A stretch of 41,433 bases of DNA from Candidatus Nealsonbacteria bacterium (lineage in GTDB: Bacteria; Patescibacteriota; Minisyncoccia; Minisyncoccales; RBG-13-42-11), in assembly GCA_019923625.1 (NCBI GenBank), contig JAHXGN010000002.1:1-41433 (forward strand), written 5' to 3'. Of the stretch, positions 7,296 through 15,677 are shown piece by piece. The position numbers and the translations under genes are program-made. How positions within the stretch are numbered: the first letter of the stretch is position 1; the number at the start of each line of letters is the position of its first letter. The notes beneath the pieces were generated by a model. The model did no database searches. It was not told the DNA's origin and saw only the letters and a list, made by a program, of their open reading frames with translations.

Positions 7296-8510
7296 TTATT
7301 CTCCTTTTATTACCGCCAAAGGCACAAGTTTTGCCACTTTTTTAGACAGACCAGCATTGTGAACCACATCAACTACTTCATCCACGTCTTTATAAGCCAT
7401 CGGCGATTCTTCGGCGATTCCCCTTAATGACCGGCATTTTACAATAATTCCTTTTGATTCCAATGTTTTTATCACTTCTTGCCCGGAAATTGATTTAATT
7501 GCCGCATGTCTGGACATAGACCTTCCTGCTCCGTGAGAAGTGGAAAAAAAAGCATCTTTTCCCTCTTTTAATCCTTTTAATATATAAGAAGCCGTGCCCA
7601 TAGAACCCGGAATTAAAACTGGCTGGCCAACCGAACGATATTTTTCCGGAATTTCAGGATGGTCGGGAGGAAAAGCCCTGGTTGCGCCCTTTCTATGAAC
7701 CGCCACTTCAGTTTCTTTTCCTTCAATTACATATTTTTCTTTTTTGATAATATTATGGGCAACATCATATAAAGCCGTCAAAGACCGGGATTTTTCTCCC
7801 AAAATTATTTTCCAGGTTTTTCTGATAAAATGAGCGATCATTTGCCGGTTTGCCCAAGCGTAGTTGGCTGCCGAAGCCATGGCCGAAAAATATCTCCGGC
7901 CTTCCACTGAATTAAAGGGAACGCAGGCAAATTCTCTATCCGGAACCCTGATTTTATATTTTCTTTCCATTAAGGGAATAAATTCTCTTAGATAATCGGT
8001 GCAGACCTGATGGCCCAATCCGCGTGAACCACAATGAATCATTATAACAATTTGATTTTCAAACAAACCGAAAATTTCCGCTGTTTTTTCGTCAAAAATT
8101 TCCGCCACTTTTTGAATTTCTATGAAATGGTTGCCCGACCCCAAAGTCCCTACCTGATCCCGTCCTCGATTTTTCGCATAATTAGAAACCGTCTCGGTAT
8201 CAGCCCAATCCAATTTGCCATTAGCTTCGCAGTTTTCAACGTCTTCTTTTTCTCCGTAGCCCTTTTCTGTCAGATATTCGACGCCGCCTTTCAAAATCTT
8301 ATTAACATCTTCCGGGTTTAATTTAGCCCGCCTCCCTTGGCCCAGGCCGGAAGGAATTTCTTTTTGAATTTCCGTGGCTAATTTATCCAAATGGGGTCTG
8401 ATTTCTGCTTCAGAATATTCCGATTTTAATAATTTCATTCCGCAATTGATGTCAAAGCCACAAGTGCCGGGACATTCATATCCGGCCGAAAGCCCTTTGG
8501 AATTTCCCAC
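7296..8510 (-). CDS. rtcB: RNA ligase RtcB, N-terminally truncated relative to the family
   Basis: GFDINCG, GSGNHFIEIQ, HCGSRGLGHQ, AANYAWANRQ, HRKGATRA, IPGSMG and SHGAGR motifs are all present. The ORF opens on GTG just after an in-frame stop and lacks the first 70-85 aa of the family (the MPDxHxGYG region). Confidence 0.85.
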   Translation of the reverse strand: MGNSKGLSAGYECPGTCGFDINCGMKLLKSEYSEAEIRPHLDKLATEIQKEIPSGLGQGRRAKLNPEDVNKILKGGVEYLTEKGYGEKEDVENCEANGKLDWADTETVSNYAKNRGRDQVGTLGSGNHFIEIQKVAEIFDEKTAEIFGLFENQIVIMIHCGSRGLGHQVCTDYLREFIPLMERKYKIRVPDREFACVPFNSVEGRRYFSAMASAANYAWANRQMIAHFIRKTWKIILGEKSRSLTALYDVAHNIIKKEKYVIEGKETEVAVHRKGATRAFPPDHPEIPEKYRSVGQPVLIPGSMGTASYILKGLKEGKDAFFSTSHGAGRSMSRHAAIKSISGQEVIKTLESKGIIVKCRSLRGIAEESPMAYKDVDEVVDVVHNAGLSKKVAKLVPLAVIKGE

Positions 8511-8555
8511 AAATAATCATTTATTTTTATAAAATCTTTTTTACCTGCCATCTTT

Positions 8556-9986
8556 TTATTTTACTTTAAAGTTCGAAGAAGATAAATCTTCTTCTCGCCC
8601 CTTCGCTGCGGCTCGGGAGTTCGAAGAAGATAAATCTTCTTCTCTCCCCTTCGTTAACGCTCGGGAAGTCGAAGAAGATAAATCTTCTTCTCCGTTCTTT
8701 TCAAATTCCTCCTTAACGATTTGCCTGTCGTCCCAGGGAATCTTTTTGCCCCCGGCTAAGCACATCAAGGGTTCACAACCCTTGCCGGTTATAATAACAA
8801 TATCCCCCGTCTTTGCTAATTCCAAAGATTTTTTAATTGCCTCTCGCCTATCAAGAATTTCATAAAAATTAGAGGTTGGAAATTGGGATTTGGAAATCCC
8901 AGATTTTATCATTGATAAAATCCGATTTGGGTCTTCATCATAAGGATCTTCATTGGTCAAAATTATTTCATCGCAATATTCGGCGGCAATTTCCCCCAAA
9001 ATCGGTCTCTTCCATTTATCTCTTCCTCCGCCGCAAGCGCCAAAAACACATACTAATTTTGACTCCTGGTTTTTAATTTTTAAATTAATTGTTTCATAGA
9101 CCTGTTTAAGAGCATTTGGCGTAACGGCATAATCAACAAAAACCCTAAAGGGCTTGAAAATTACTTCTTCCATTCTTCCGGGAATTCCTTCAACTTTTTC
9201 CAAGGCCTTTTTAGAGGTCTCCAAATCAATGTCCTGAGATAATCCGAGACAAATTGCCGCCAAAGAATTATAAATATTAAATTCTCCTAAAAGTTTTAAA
9301 TTGAACTCCCTTTGGTTAACATAAAACCTTAATCCTCCTGATAACACTTGGCAGTTTTCAGCCCCAACCGATTCTAAATTTTGAGCTGCGGTTTTAAAAT
9401 CAGAGATTTGGGGTTTGAGATTATAGCCGTATTTTTTATCAGCCGGAAACTTTAAAAAATGTTCAATATTTTCATCGTCTAAATTAAGAATATGTGTTTT
9501 TTTTGTTATCTGAAAAAGTTTTTCGTTGGCTTGGCGCATTTTTTCAAAAGAACCGTGAACTTCAATGTGTTCGGAAGTAATATTGGTCAAAACCGCTATC
9601 TTAAAATCAATAAATTTATGGCGGTGTTGTTTTATCCCCTCGTCGGTTACTTCCAATATGGCATAGGCACATTCATTATCTACGGCCTGCCTTAAAAATT
9701 TTTGTAAAACAAAACGTCCGGGCATGGTCATTTTCAGGGTATTGAGCCATTGTTTTTTGCCGATTTTAAAGAAAATGGAAGAAGTAAGGGCTACTTTATA
9801 ACCCGCTTCCTCTAAAATTTTACTAATCAAAAAAACGGTAGTTGATTTGCCATCGGTGCCGGCCACGCCAATAACTTTTATTCTTTTGGAAGGAAAACCA
9901 AAAATAATCGCTCCCAAAAAAGATAAAAGAAAATGATATCGGTTAATCAAAAAAGGGGGGATTAATTTTTTAAGAATTTTTTTCAT
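8556..9986 (-). CDS. Mur ligase family protein (MurE-like) with a repeat-encoded C-terminal tail
   Basis: P-loop GVAGTDGKSTT, central Mur ligase domain, C-terminal GKGCE...PWDD. The last 44 or so aa (EEDLSSSTSRALTKGR EEDLSSSNSRAAAKGR EEDLSSSNFKVK) are read from the 48-nt tandem repeat. Confidence 0.75.
   Translation of the reverse strand: MKKILKKLIPPFLINRYHFLLSFLGAIIFGFPSKRIKVIGVAGTDGKSTTVFLISKILEEAGYKVALTSSIFFKIGKKQWLNTLKMTMPGRFVLQKFLRQAVDNECAYAILEVTDEGIKQHRHKFIDFKIAVLTNITSEHIEVHGSFEKMRQANEKLFQITKKTHILNLDDENIEHFLKFPADKKYGYNLKPQISDFKTAAQNLESVGAENCQVLSGGLRFYVNQREFNLKLLGEFNIYNSLAAICLGLSQDIDLETSKKALEKVEGIPGRMEEVIFKPFRVFVDYAVTPNALKQVYETINLKIKNQESKLVCVFGACGGGRDKWKRPILGEIAAEYCDEIILTNEDPYDEDPNRILSMIKSGISKSQFPTSNFYEILDRREAIKKSLELAKTGDIVIITGKGCEPLMCLAGGKKIPWDDRQIVKEEFEKNGEEDLSSSTSRALTKGREEDLSSSNSRAAAKGREEDLSSSNFKVK
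8570..8693. repeat. 48-nt tandem repeat, 2.6 copies (GAAGAAG-hairpin / CCCGAGC family)
   Basis: Units at 8570-8617, 8618-8665 and 8666-8693. Each is AGTTCGAAGAAGATAAATCTTCTTCTC-GCCCCTTCGCTGCGGCTCGGG, with an 8-bp hairpin GAAGAAGA/TCTTCTTC. Confidence 0.85.
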
Positions 9987-9996
9987 AATTTTAAAA

Positions 9997-10539
9997 TTAA
10001 GGAATTTGATACAATTTTATCCTTGAATTTTCTGGATGAGATTTCAAGTAAGGAAGATTTTTAAAATGGAATACAGAAGATACGATTCGGGTTTTTGGCT
10101 TTAATTCCAAAAGAAATTTTTTCTCCAAAAGATTATTGGTAGATTGAAAAAGGTAAGTTGAAATCGCATCGGCTTGCGAAATATCTTTTTGAAAAAAATT
10201 ACCCCAATGAATTTGAATATTTTTCTCAAGGCCAAGTTTTTTTATTTTTAATCTGGACAAAAAAACCAATATGGGATTAATTTCAATTCCTATTGCTTTG
10301 ACTTTGTAATTTTTAGCCGCTTCGATTACAATTCTTCCATCGCCCGACCCTAAATCATAAAAAATTTCTCCTGGTTTTAATTGTAAAACTTCAAGCATTC
10401 TTTTAATTTCTTTTAATGGGGTTGGAATAAAGGACGCTCCAAACAAAGCAAAGAGAGCCATTAATAAAAAACAAAAAGACAAAAGGAGAAAAAAGAAAAG
10501 AATTATCAAAATCAGAAAAATTAAAAGATGGGAAGCCAT
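9997..10539 (-). CDS. Membrane-anchored class I SAM-dependent methyltransferase
   Basis: N-terminal hydrophobic helix, then motif I FYDLGSGDGRIVIEAA and a post-I GIEINP motif. Confidence 0.7.
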   Translation of the reverse strand: MASHLLIFLILIILFFFLLLSFCFLLMALFALFGASFIPTPLKEIKRMLEVLQLKPGEIFYDLGSGDGRIVIEAAKNYKVKAIGIEINPILVFLSRLKIKKLGLEKNIQIHWGNFFQKDISQADAISTYLFQSTNNLLEKKFLLELKPKTRIVSSVFHFKNLPYLKSHPENSRIKLYQIP

Positions 10540-10560
10540 AATGTTTTAATTTTATCAAAT

Positions 10561-10724
10561 ACCCGAACCGCAGTGAAGGGGGGGGTTCGCTGAACTTCGT
10601 TCGTCGAGCCGAAGGCGAGACGGGAGAAGAAACTTGTTTCTGCGACCATCTCTCAGAAAGCAATCTTTCTTTGACCTCCCGAGCGCCAGCGAAGGGGAAA
10701 GAAGAAAGTAATCTTTCTTCGACC
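10561..10724. repeat. Degenerate tandem array of the same GAAGAAG-hairpin / CCCGAGC family, opposite orientation
   Basis: The best unit is 10676-10724, CTCCCGAGCGCCAGCGAAGGGGAAAGAAGAAAGTAATCTTTCTTCGACC, close to the reverse complement of the 8570 unit. Three more diverged units precede it. The 109-aa ORF 10403-10732 reads through the array and is probably spurious. Confidence 0.7.
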
Positions 10725-10771
10725 TTGAGCAAAAAAGAAAAATTAATGGTCTGAAAAAATTATTTCTCCAC

Positions 10772-10800
10772 TTGATAAAAAATACTAAAAATGGTAAAAA
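10772..10800 (+). promoter_or_regulatory. Putative promoter of rpsT
   Basis: TTGATA (10772-10777), 17-nt spacer ending in TGg, then TAAAAA (10795-10800). It would place the transcription start next to the ATG at 10809. Confidence 0.4.
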
Positions 10801-10808
10801 CTAACTAT

Positions 10809-11096
10809 ATGCCTATTAGCAAATCGGCAAAAAAAGCCCTACGACAAGGACTAAAAAGAAGGGTTAGAAACTTAGCCCGTAAAAAGGGAGTCAAACATCT
10901 TTTAAAAAAGACAAGGGTTTTGGTTTTAAAAAAAGAGGTTGAAGAAGCGAAAAAACTTCTGCCCCAGGTCTACAAAAACTTGGACAAGGCGGCTAAGGTT
11001 GGATTAATTAAAAAAAAGACCGCCAATAGAAAGAAATCAAGAATCGCCAAACTGATCAATAAATCATTAGAAGCAGGAAAGCAACAACAGATTTAA
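10809..11096 (+). CDS. rpsT: 30S ribosomal protein S20
   Basis: MPISKSAKKALRQGLKRRVRN... is typical S20. The ORF track starts at 10791, but that ATG lies inside the predicted -10 region, so I prefer 10809. Confidence 0.9.
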   Translation: MPISKSAKKALRQGLKRRVRNLARKKGVKHLLKKTRVLVLKKEVEEAKKLLPQVYKNLDKAAKVGLIKKKTANRKKSRIAKLINKSLEAGKQQQI

Positions 11097-11141
11097 TTTC
11101 TCTAATTCTCTAATAAGAGCCGACGGCCCTTAACAGAGAAA

Positions 11142-12077
11142 CTATATTTCAGAGATTAATATGTCTAAACCGGTCTCTGGCTCAACCCTACCGGTTTTTA
11201 TTGCCAATTCTACCTGAAAAATTTTCTGGTAAATTTTTTTTAATTCTTCAGGTGTAAATTTTTGAGCTTGAAAATAGGTTTTTTTAACAATATAAGGGTG
11301 GATGTCGGTTATTCTGGAAATGGCAAAGGAAGACAGATTCTTTTGGCTAAGGTCTTTAATGATTAATAAATTCCGAAATTGAAAATTAATCATAGAAAGA
11401 AGATATAGGGGTGAATCTCCTTTTTCTAAATGTTTATGAATCAATCCTAGGGCAATTTTTTTATTTTTTAAGCCAAGGGCGTCAACTGTTTTAAAAATAT
11501 CGGCTTCAATTTTGGGTTTTACCAAAAGTTCAACATCTTTTATCTCAATTTTTTTTCCGTTTTTAAAACTAACCAATTTTTTTATTTCATTGGAAAAACA
11601 CCAAAGGTCATTGCCGACAAATTCAATGAGCTTGTTCAGGGCTTCTGGATTAATTTCCGTTTTTAATTTAAAGAACTCTTGCCTAACCCAATTTTTCAAT
11701 TTTTCTCCTCTAAGCGGTTGAAAGTTTTGAATTTTAGCTTTAACCTTCAAAAAATTAAAAAAATTATCTTTTCCTGAAACTTCATTTTCTTCATAAAACA
11801 AAATGGCAGATTTTAATTTAAGGAAATGTTTGAAATTTTTTAAAAACTCTTCCTTGACCTCTTGGTTGGAAAAAACATTTTTTAAAATTGCCAATTTTTT
11901 TTCTTTAAATATTGATATTTGTTGAATTTGGTCTTGAAAATCTTCAAAACTGTCTTTTTTAAAATCGTAGTATTTTAAATTTAATCCGCTTTTATGGATT
12001 TTTTTATACTGGCCGATAATCTCGTTTAATTTCTGCCTACTCCGATATGTATCTTGACCGTAAAGAAAAATTAACAT
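11142..12077 (-). CDS. holA: DNA polymerase III delta subunit
   Basis: MLIFLYGQDTYRSRQKL start is typical of minimal HolA, and length and helical C-terminus fit. The ORF track extends to 12110, which would overlap mutM by 28 nt. Confidence 0.75.
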   Translation of the reverse strand: MLIFLYGQDTYRSRQKLNEIIGQYKKIHKSGLNLKYYDFKKDSFEDFQDQIQQISIFKEKKLAILKNVFSNQEVKEEFLKNFKHFLKLKSAILFYEENEVSGKDNFFNFLKVKAKIQNFQPLRGEKLKNWVRQEFFKLKTEINPEALNKLIEFVGNDLWCFSNEIKKLVSFKNGKKIEIKDVELLVKPKIEADIFKTVDALGLKNKKIALGLIHKHLEKGDSPLYLLSMINFQFRNLLIIKDLSQKNLSSFAISRITDIHPYIVKKTYFQAQKFTPEELKKIYQKIFQVELAIKTGRVEPETGLDILISEI

Positions 12078-12082
12078 AGTAG

Positions 12083-12814
12083 TTATTCTATTCTCTGACA
12101 GCCGGGACAAAAATGAGCTGAACGACCGCTGATTTTTATTTTCTTAATTTTTGAGCCGCACAAAGAACATTTCTCTCGGTGATAAACTTTATGATATTTA
12201 ACATAATTGCCCGGTCTACCACAAGCATCAAGATAATATTCAACCGATGAGCCCTGGTGTTGAATTGCCGCTTTAAGGATTTTCTTAATATTTTTAAAGA
12301 TGTCCCCAGTTTCTTTTTCGGTTAGTCTTTTGGTTAAACGTAACGGCGCTACTTTTGCGGCAAACAAAATCTCGTCCGAATAAATGTTGCCGATTCCGGC
12401 AATAAATTTTTGGTCCATTAACAAGGGCTTAATTTTTGAATTCGGTCGTTTCTTTAAGAGTTTTTTGAAATTTTTGAAATTAATTTCTAACGGCTCGGGT
12501 CCAAATTCCTCTTCCATTTTTTTTGTTTCTTTTACTTCTTTCCACCAACCAAATTTACGCACGTCATTAAAAATTAATCGCGAACCATCGTCAAAATTAA
12601 AAACCTTGCGGGTATATGGCGAAGGTTTTCCGTTAAAAATTAGTTGCCCGGTTAGTTTTAAGTGAAAAATTAAACTTGAACCGTCGTCAAAATCAATTAT
12701 TAAAATTTTTGCCCTTCTCCGCAGACCAACGATTTTCCGGCCGCCTATTTTTTTGCCAATAATTTTTTTATGTAACTGTATCCTTATCGTTTCCACTTCC
12801 GGGAGTTCAGGCAT
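12083..12814 (-). CDS. mutM: Formamidopyrimidine-DNA glycosylase
   Basis: MPELPEVE N-terminus, H2TH region and C-terminal zinc finger CSLCG...CPGCQ. Confidence 0.9.
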   Translation of the reverse strand: MPELPEVETIRIQLHKKIIGKKIGGRKIVGLRRRAKILIIDFDDGSSLIFHLKLTGQLIFNGKPSPYTRKVFNFDDGSRLIFNDVRKFGWWKEVKETKKMEEEFGPEPLEINFKNFKKLLKKRPNSKIKPLLMDQKFIAGIGNIYSDEILFAAKVAPLRLTKRLTEKETGDIFKNIKKILKAAIQHQGSSVEYYLDACGRPGNYVKYHKVYHREKCSLCGSKIKKIKISGRSAHFCPGCQRIE

Positions 12815-13184
12815 TTTTTATGAAGGCATTCTTTATTTTTTCAATAATTTCCCCGGGGGTAAGGTTGGCTTTTATTAAATAGTCAATTGCTCCTAATTTT
12901 AGTCCTTTTTCTACGTCTTCTTGTTGGCCAAGATTAGATAAAATAATAACCGGTATTTTAGATAAATTGGGATTATTTTTTATTTGAACTAAAACTTCAA
13001 ATCCACCTATGCCGGGTAAAATTAAATCAAGCAAAATTAAATCCGGTTTTTTTTCTTTAGCTATTTTTATCCCCTCTTCGCCATCAATAGATTCAATAAC
13101 TTTATATTCCTCTTTAATTAATTTTCTGCCAATTAATTCTCTAAGAAATTTATCGTCTTCGATAATTAATATTGTTTTTTCCAT
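12807..13184 (-). CDS. Stand-alone response regulator receiver domain (CheY-like)
   Basis: ILIIEDD, DLILLDLILPG and a conserved Lys region (YLIKA). No output domain. Overlaps mutM by 8 nt. Confidence 0.85.
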   Translation of the reverse strand: MEKTILIIEDDKFLRELIGRKLIKEEYKVIESIDGEEGIKIAKEKKPDLILLDLILPGIGGFEVLVQIKNNPNLSKIPVIILSNLGQQEDVEKGLKLGAIDYLIKANLTPGEIIEKIKNAFIKNA

Positions 13185-13278
13185 ATTGTTTGAGAATTCT
13201 TTGAATTTGGTTTAATGTCACTTTTGTTGGTGAAATTAAGGAAAATTACCAAGAGTTCCCAATTATCTAAATTTTAAA

Positions 13279-14037
13279 TTATTTAAAGGGTAAAGTAAAG
13301 TAAAAAATTGAGCCCTTGTTTTCTTTTGATTTAAACCAAATTTCCCCTCCATGGGCTTTGATGATGTTTTTGACGATAAAAAGACCGAGGCCGCCTCCCA
13401 CGGTTTCCATTCTCATGGCATTTGCTCCCCGAAAAAGTTTACTAAAAACATTTTTTTGTTGGTTTTTGTCAATCCCTATCCCGGTATCTTTTATTGAAAA
13501 CTCAACTTCTTTTTTGAATGGCTTTTTTATTGAAATTATTATTTGACCGCCAGGCTGATTATACCTAATGGCGTTGTCTAAAAGATGACTGATGGCTAAT
13601 TTTATTTTTTCCGGATCAATTAAAAGGGGGGGTAAAAATTTTTTCGGTTTAATAAAAACGACCTTTAGATTCTTTTTCTCAATTTCTTCCTTAAATGATT
13701 TTATGACAAAATTAAAAATTGAGACAATGTCGGTAAGAATCAAATCGTCAAGAATTTTTCCCTCTTCAATTTTGGCGACCTTAAAAAGATTGTTGATTAA
13801 AAGAATCATCCTTTCATTAGAGTAAAAAATTTTTTCAAGAAAATCTTTTTGTTCTTCGGATAAAGAACCAGAGTCATCATCAAGACACATCTGAACCGCC
13901 CATTTAATTGCCGAGGCCGGTGTTCTTAATTGGTGAACTAATAATTTAATGTATTCCCCCTTTTTCTCCTCTTTTCGTTTTTTTTCACCAAGATCGTTAA
14001 TTTTGCTTTTTTTAAGGATTTTTTTATTTTTACCCAT
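13279..14037 (-). CDS. Sensor histidine kinase core (HisKA plus HATPase_c, no obvious membrane sensor)
   Basis: H-box HQLRTPASAI, N-box LLDNAIRYN, G1 DTGIGI, G2 GGGLGL. Confidence 0.85.
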   Translation of the reverse strand: MGKNKKILKKSKINDLGEKKRKEEKKGEYIKLLVHQLRTPASAIKWAVQMCLDDDSGSLSEEQKDFLEKIFYSNERMILLINNLFKVAKIEEGKILDDLILTDIVSIFNFVIKSFKEEIEKKNLKVVFIKPKKFLPPLLIDPEKIKLAISHLLDNAIRYNQPGGQIIISIKKPFKKEVEFSIKDTGIGIDKNQQKNVFSKLFRGANAMRMETVGGGLGLFIVKNIIKAHGGEIWFKSKENKGSIFYFTLPFK

Positions 14038-14052
14038 AATTTTTTAAAAAAT

Positions 14053-14931
14053 TTAATTCGGCAGTCTTTTCAATAAACTGTAAAATCCAAACTTCTTAAG
14101 GATACCGATTGCTTTTTCTTTGTCGTATTCTTTCCAATAACATTTTTCTAAATTAAAATCAATAACCAAGTCCTTTTTTATTTCAGCCAACTCTTTGCTT
14201 AAAAAGGCCTGTTCTTTGTATTTTAAGAGAATTTCTTTCAGTTTTGGTTTAAGGGTTTTTGCTTTTTCCGAGTTTTCTTTGAGTTCTTCGTATAAATTCT
14301 CTAAACTTTTAAACTTTAAAACAAGGGAAATGGCTGTTTTTTCGCCAACTCCGGTTACTCCTGGAATGTTGTCCGAAGCGTCTCCTTTTAATGCTTTTAA
14401 ATCTAAAATTTGGCCGGGGTTTAATCCTTGAAATCTTTCCTTAACCAGGTTTTCGTCGCACAAGACAATATCTTTGACTCCTTTTTTTAGAAGATAGACC
14501 TTAGTTTTAGAATCAACCAATTGAAGGATATCTGTGTCGCCGCTTAAAACAATCGTCTCAATTGGGGATAAAAAAGCAATGGTGCCAATAATGTCATCTG
14601 CTTCAAAACCCTGTTTTTCAAAAACTGAGGCATTTAACGCTTCTAAAACCTCTTTGACTTTGGGAATTTGTTGATAAAGTTTTTCCGGGGTTGGCGGTCT
14701 TTTGGCTTTGTATTCTTTGTATTTTTTATGCCTGAAAGTCGGGGCTGGAAAATCAAAAGCAGCCGCAATAAAATCCGGCTGGAAATCTTTTATGGCTTTT
14801 AAAAAAACCAGTAAAAACCCGTAGACAGCGTTTACTAATTCTCCTTTTTTGGTAGTCAATGGGGGCAGGGCATGATATGCCCGATGGATAATGGAATTAG
14901 AATCAATAATAATTAATCTTTTCTTCTCCAT
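14053..14931 (-). CDS. 5'-3' exonuclease (Pol I N-terminal/FEN-like domain only)
   Basis: LIIIDSNSIIHRAYHAL, acidic clusters and H3TH motif GDASDNIPGVTGVGEKTA. Confidence 0.85.
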   Translation of the reverse strand: MEKKRLIIIDSNSIIHRAYHALPPLTTKKGELVNAVYGFLLVFLKAIKDFQPDFIAAAFDFPAPTFRHKKYKEYKAKRPPTPEKLYQQIPKVKEVLEALNASVFEKQGFEADDIIGTIAFLSPIETIVLSGDTDILQLVDSKTKVYLLKKGVKDIVLCDENLVKERFQGLNPGQILDLKALKGDASDNIPGVTGVGEKTAISLVLKFKSLENLYEELKENSEKAKTLKPKLKEILLKYKEQAFLSKELAEIKKDLVIDFNLEKCYWKEYDKEKAIGILKKFGFYSLLKRLPN

Positions 14932-14944
14932 TTTAATTCATAAT

Positions 14945-15622
14945 TTAAAGGAGCTTAGCTCCTTTTTCTAGTTTCTCTAATAAATATTTTTCTAGGTCTT
15001 TACGTTTTCTACTTTCTTCGATTACGATTTTAACAAATTTTTTATAATCATCTATATCTTTAAACTGTGAAAGGACAATTTCTGTTCCGCTCAAAATCTC
15101 GCTCCTTTCCGATTTTAAAATGCCTCCAAAACTCGACCAAGGATAAGTTTCGGCTTCGCCTAGTTTATGGATTTCAATGTTTCCATTAACATAACCCGAA
15201 AGCCATAAGAGATAATCATTGTTATCTATATGAATGGTTTTGTAGGGGCCTTGAAATAAAGAGCCTGAGCGGCCATATTTTTTATTAAAATAATTAGTAT
15301 AGCTTGTTCCTAGTTTGTGCATTAATAATGGAATTCCGTTGGTAGTTAATTGCCTTAAAATAAAATGGTGATGGTTGGGAACTAAAGAATAAAAGGCAAT
15401 ATGAACAACCTTTTCTACCTTCTCTAAAAAGGAGCTAAGCTCCTTTAAACCATAGGTATTAACTATTCTAGCTCGCTCTTCGTAAAATGACCTATTATTA
15501 AAATCTTTAAGGCCTCTTAAAAACTTTAAATAATCCTCTTCGTCCAGAAAAATTTCTCTTTCATCGCTACCTCGGTTATAAATATGATACCACTCACCAT
15601 TAACAAGTTGGGTTTTTCTCAT
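14945..15622 (-). CDS. IS200-like Y1 (HUH) transposase, REP-associated tyrosine transposase (RAYT)-like
   Basis: YHIYNRGSDEREIF, PNHHHFIL (HUH-type motif), SYTNYFNKKYGRSGSLFQGPYK (catalytic Tyr region), DYLLWLSGYV. Confidence 0.8.
   Translation of the reverse strand: MRKTQLVNGEWYHIYNRGSDEREIFLDEEDYLKFLRGLKDFNNRSFYEERARIVNTYGLKELSSFLEKVEKVVHIAFYSLVPNHHHFILRQLTTNGIPLLMHKLGTSYTNYFNKKYGRSGSLFQGPYKTIHIDNNDYLLWLSGYVNGNIEIHKLGEAETYPWSSFGGILKSERSEILSGTEIVLSQFKDIDDYKKFVKIVIEESRKRKDLEKYLLEKLEKGAKLL
14948..14964. repeat. Palindrome AAGGAGCTTAGCTCCTT (overlaps RAYT stop codon)
   Basis: Perfect 17-nt palindrome. It encodes the last residues GAKLL plus the stop. Confidence 0.9.
15429..15445. repeat. Palindrome AAGGAGCTAAGCTCCTT (inside RAYT ORF)
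   Basis: Same palindrome. It encodes KELSS within LKELSSFLEK. Confidence 0.9.
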
Positions 15623-15636
15623 AAATTAACCTTCCA

Positions 15637-15670
15637 AAGGAGCTAAGCTCCTTAAGGAGCTTAGCTCCTT
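15637..15670. repeat. Two abutting copies of palindrome AAGGAGCT(A/T)AGCTCCTT upstream of RAYT
   Basis: Copies at 15637-15653 and 15654-15670, between the tsaE stop (15678) and the RAYT start (15622). Confidence 0.9.
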
Positions 15671-15677
15671 TTTCTTT

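Noticed and set aside
8570-8693. Possible CRISPR array, given regularly spaced hairpin-containing repeats
   Set aside because: The units are directly adjacent 48-mers with no unique spacers, there are only 2.6 copies, no cas genes are present, and the same unit is dispersed singly elsewhere. It is a tandem REP-like repeat, not CRISPR.
10403-10732. 109-aa minus-strand ORF in the track
   Set aside because: It overlaps the methyltransferase 5' end out of frame. The remainder is read through the degenerate repeat array. Its composition is odd (SPVSPSARR..) and no motif is recognisable. It is most likely spurious.
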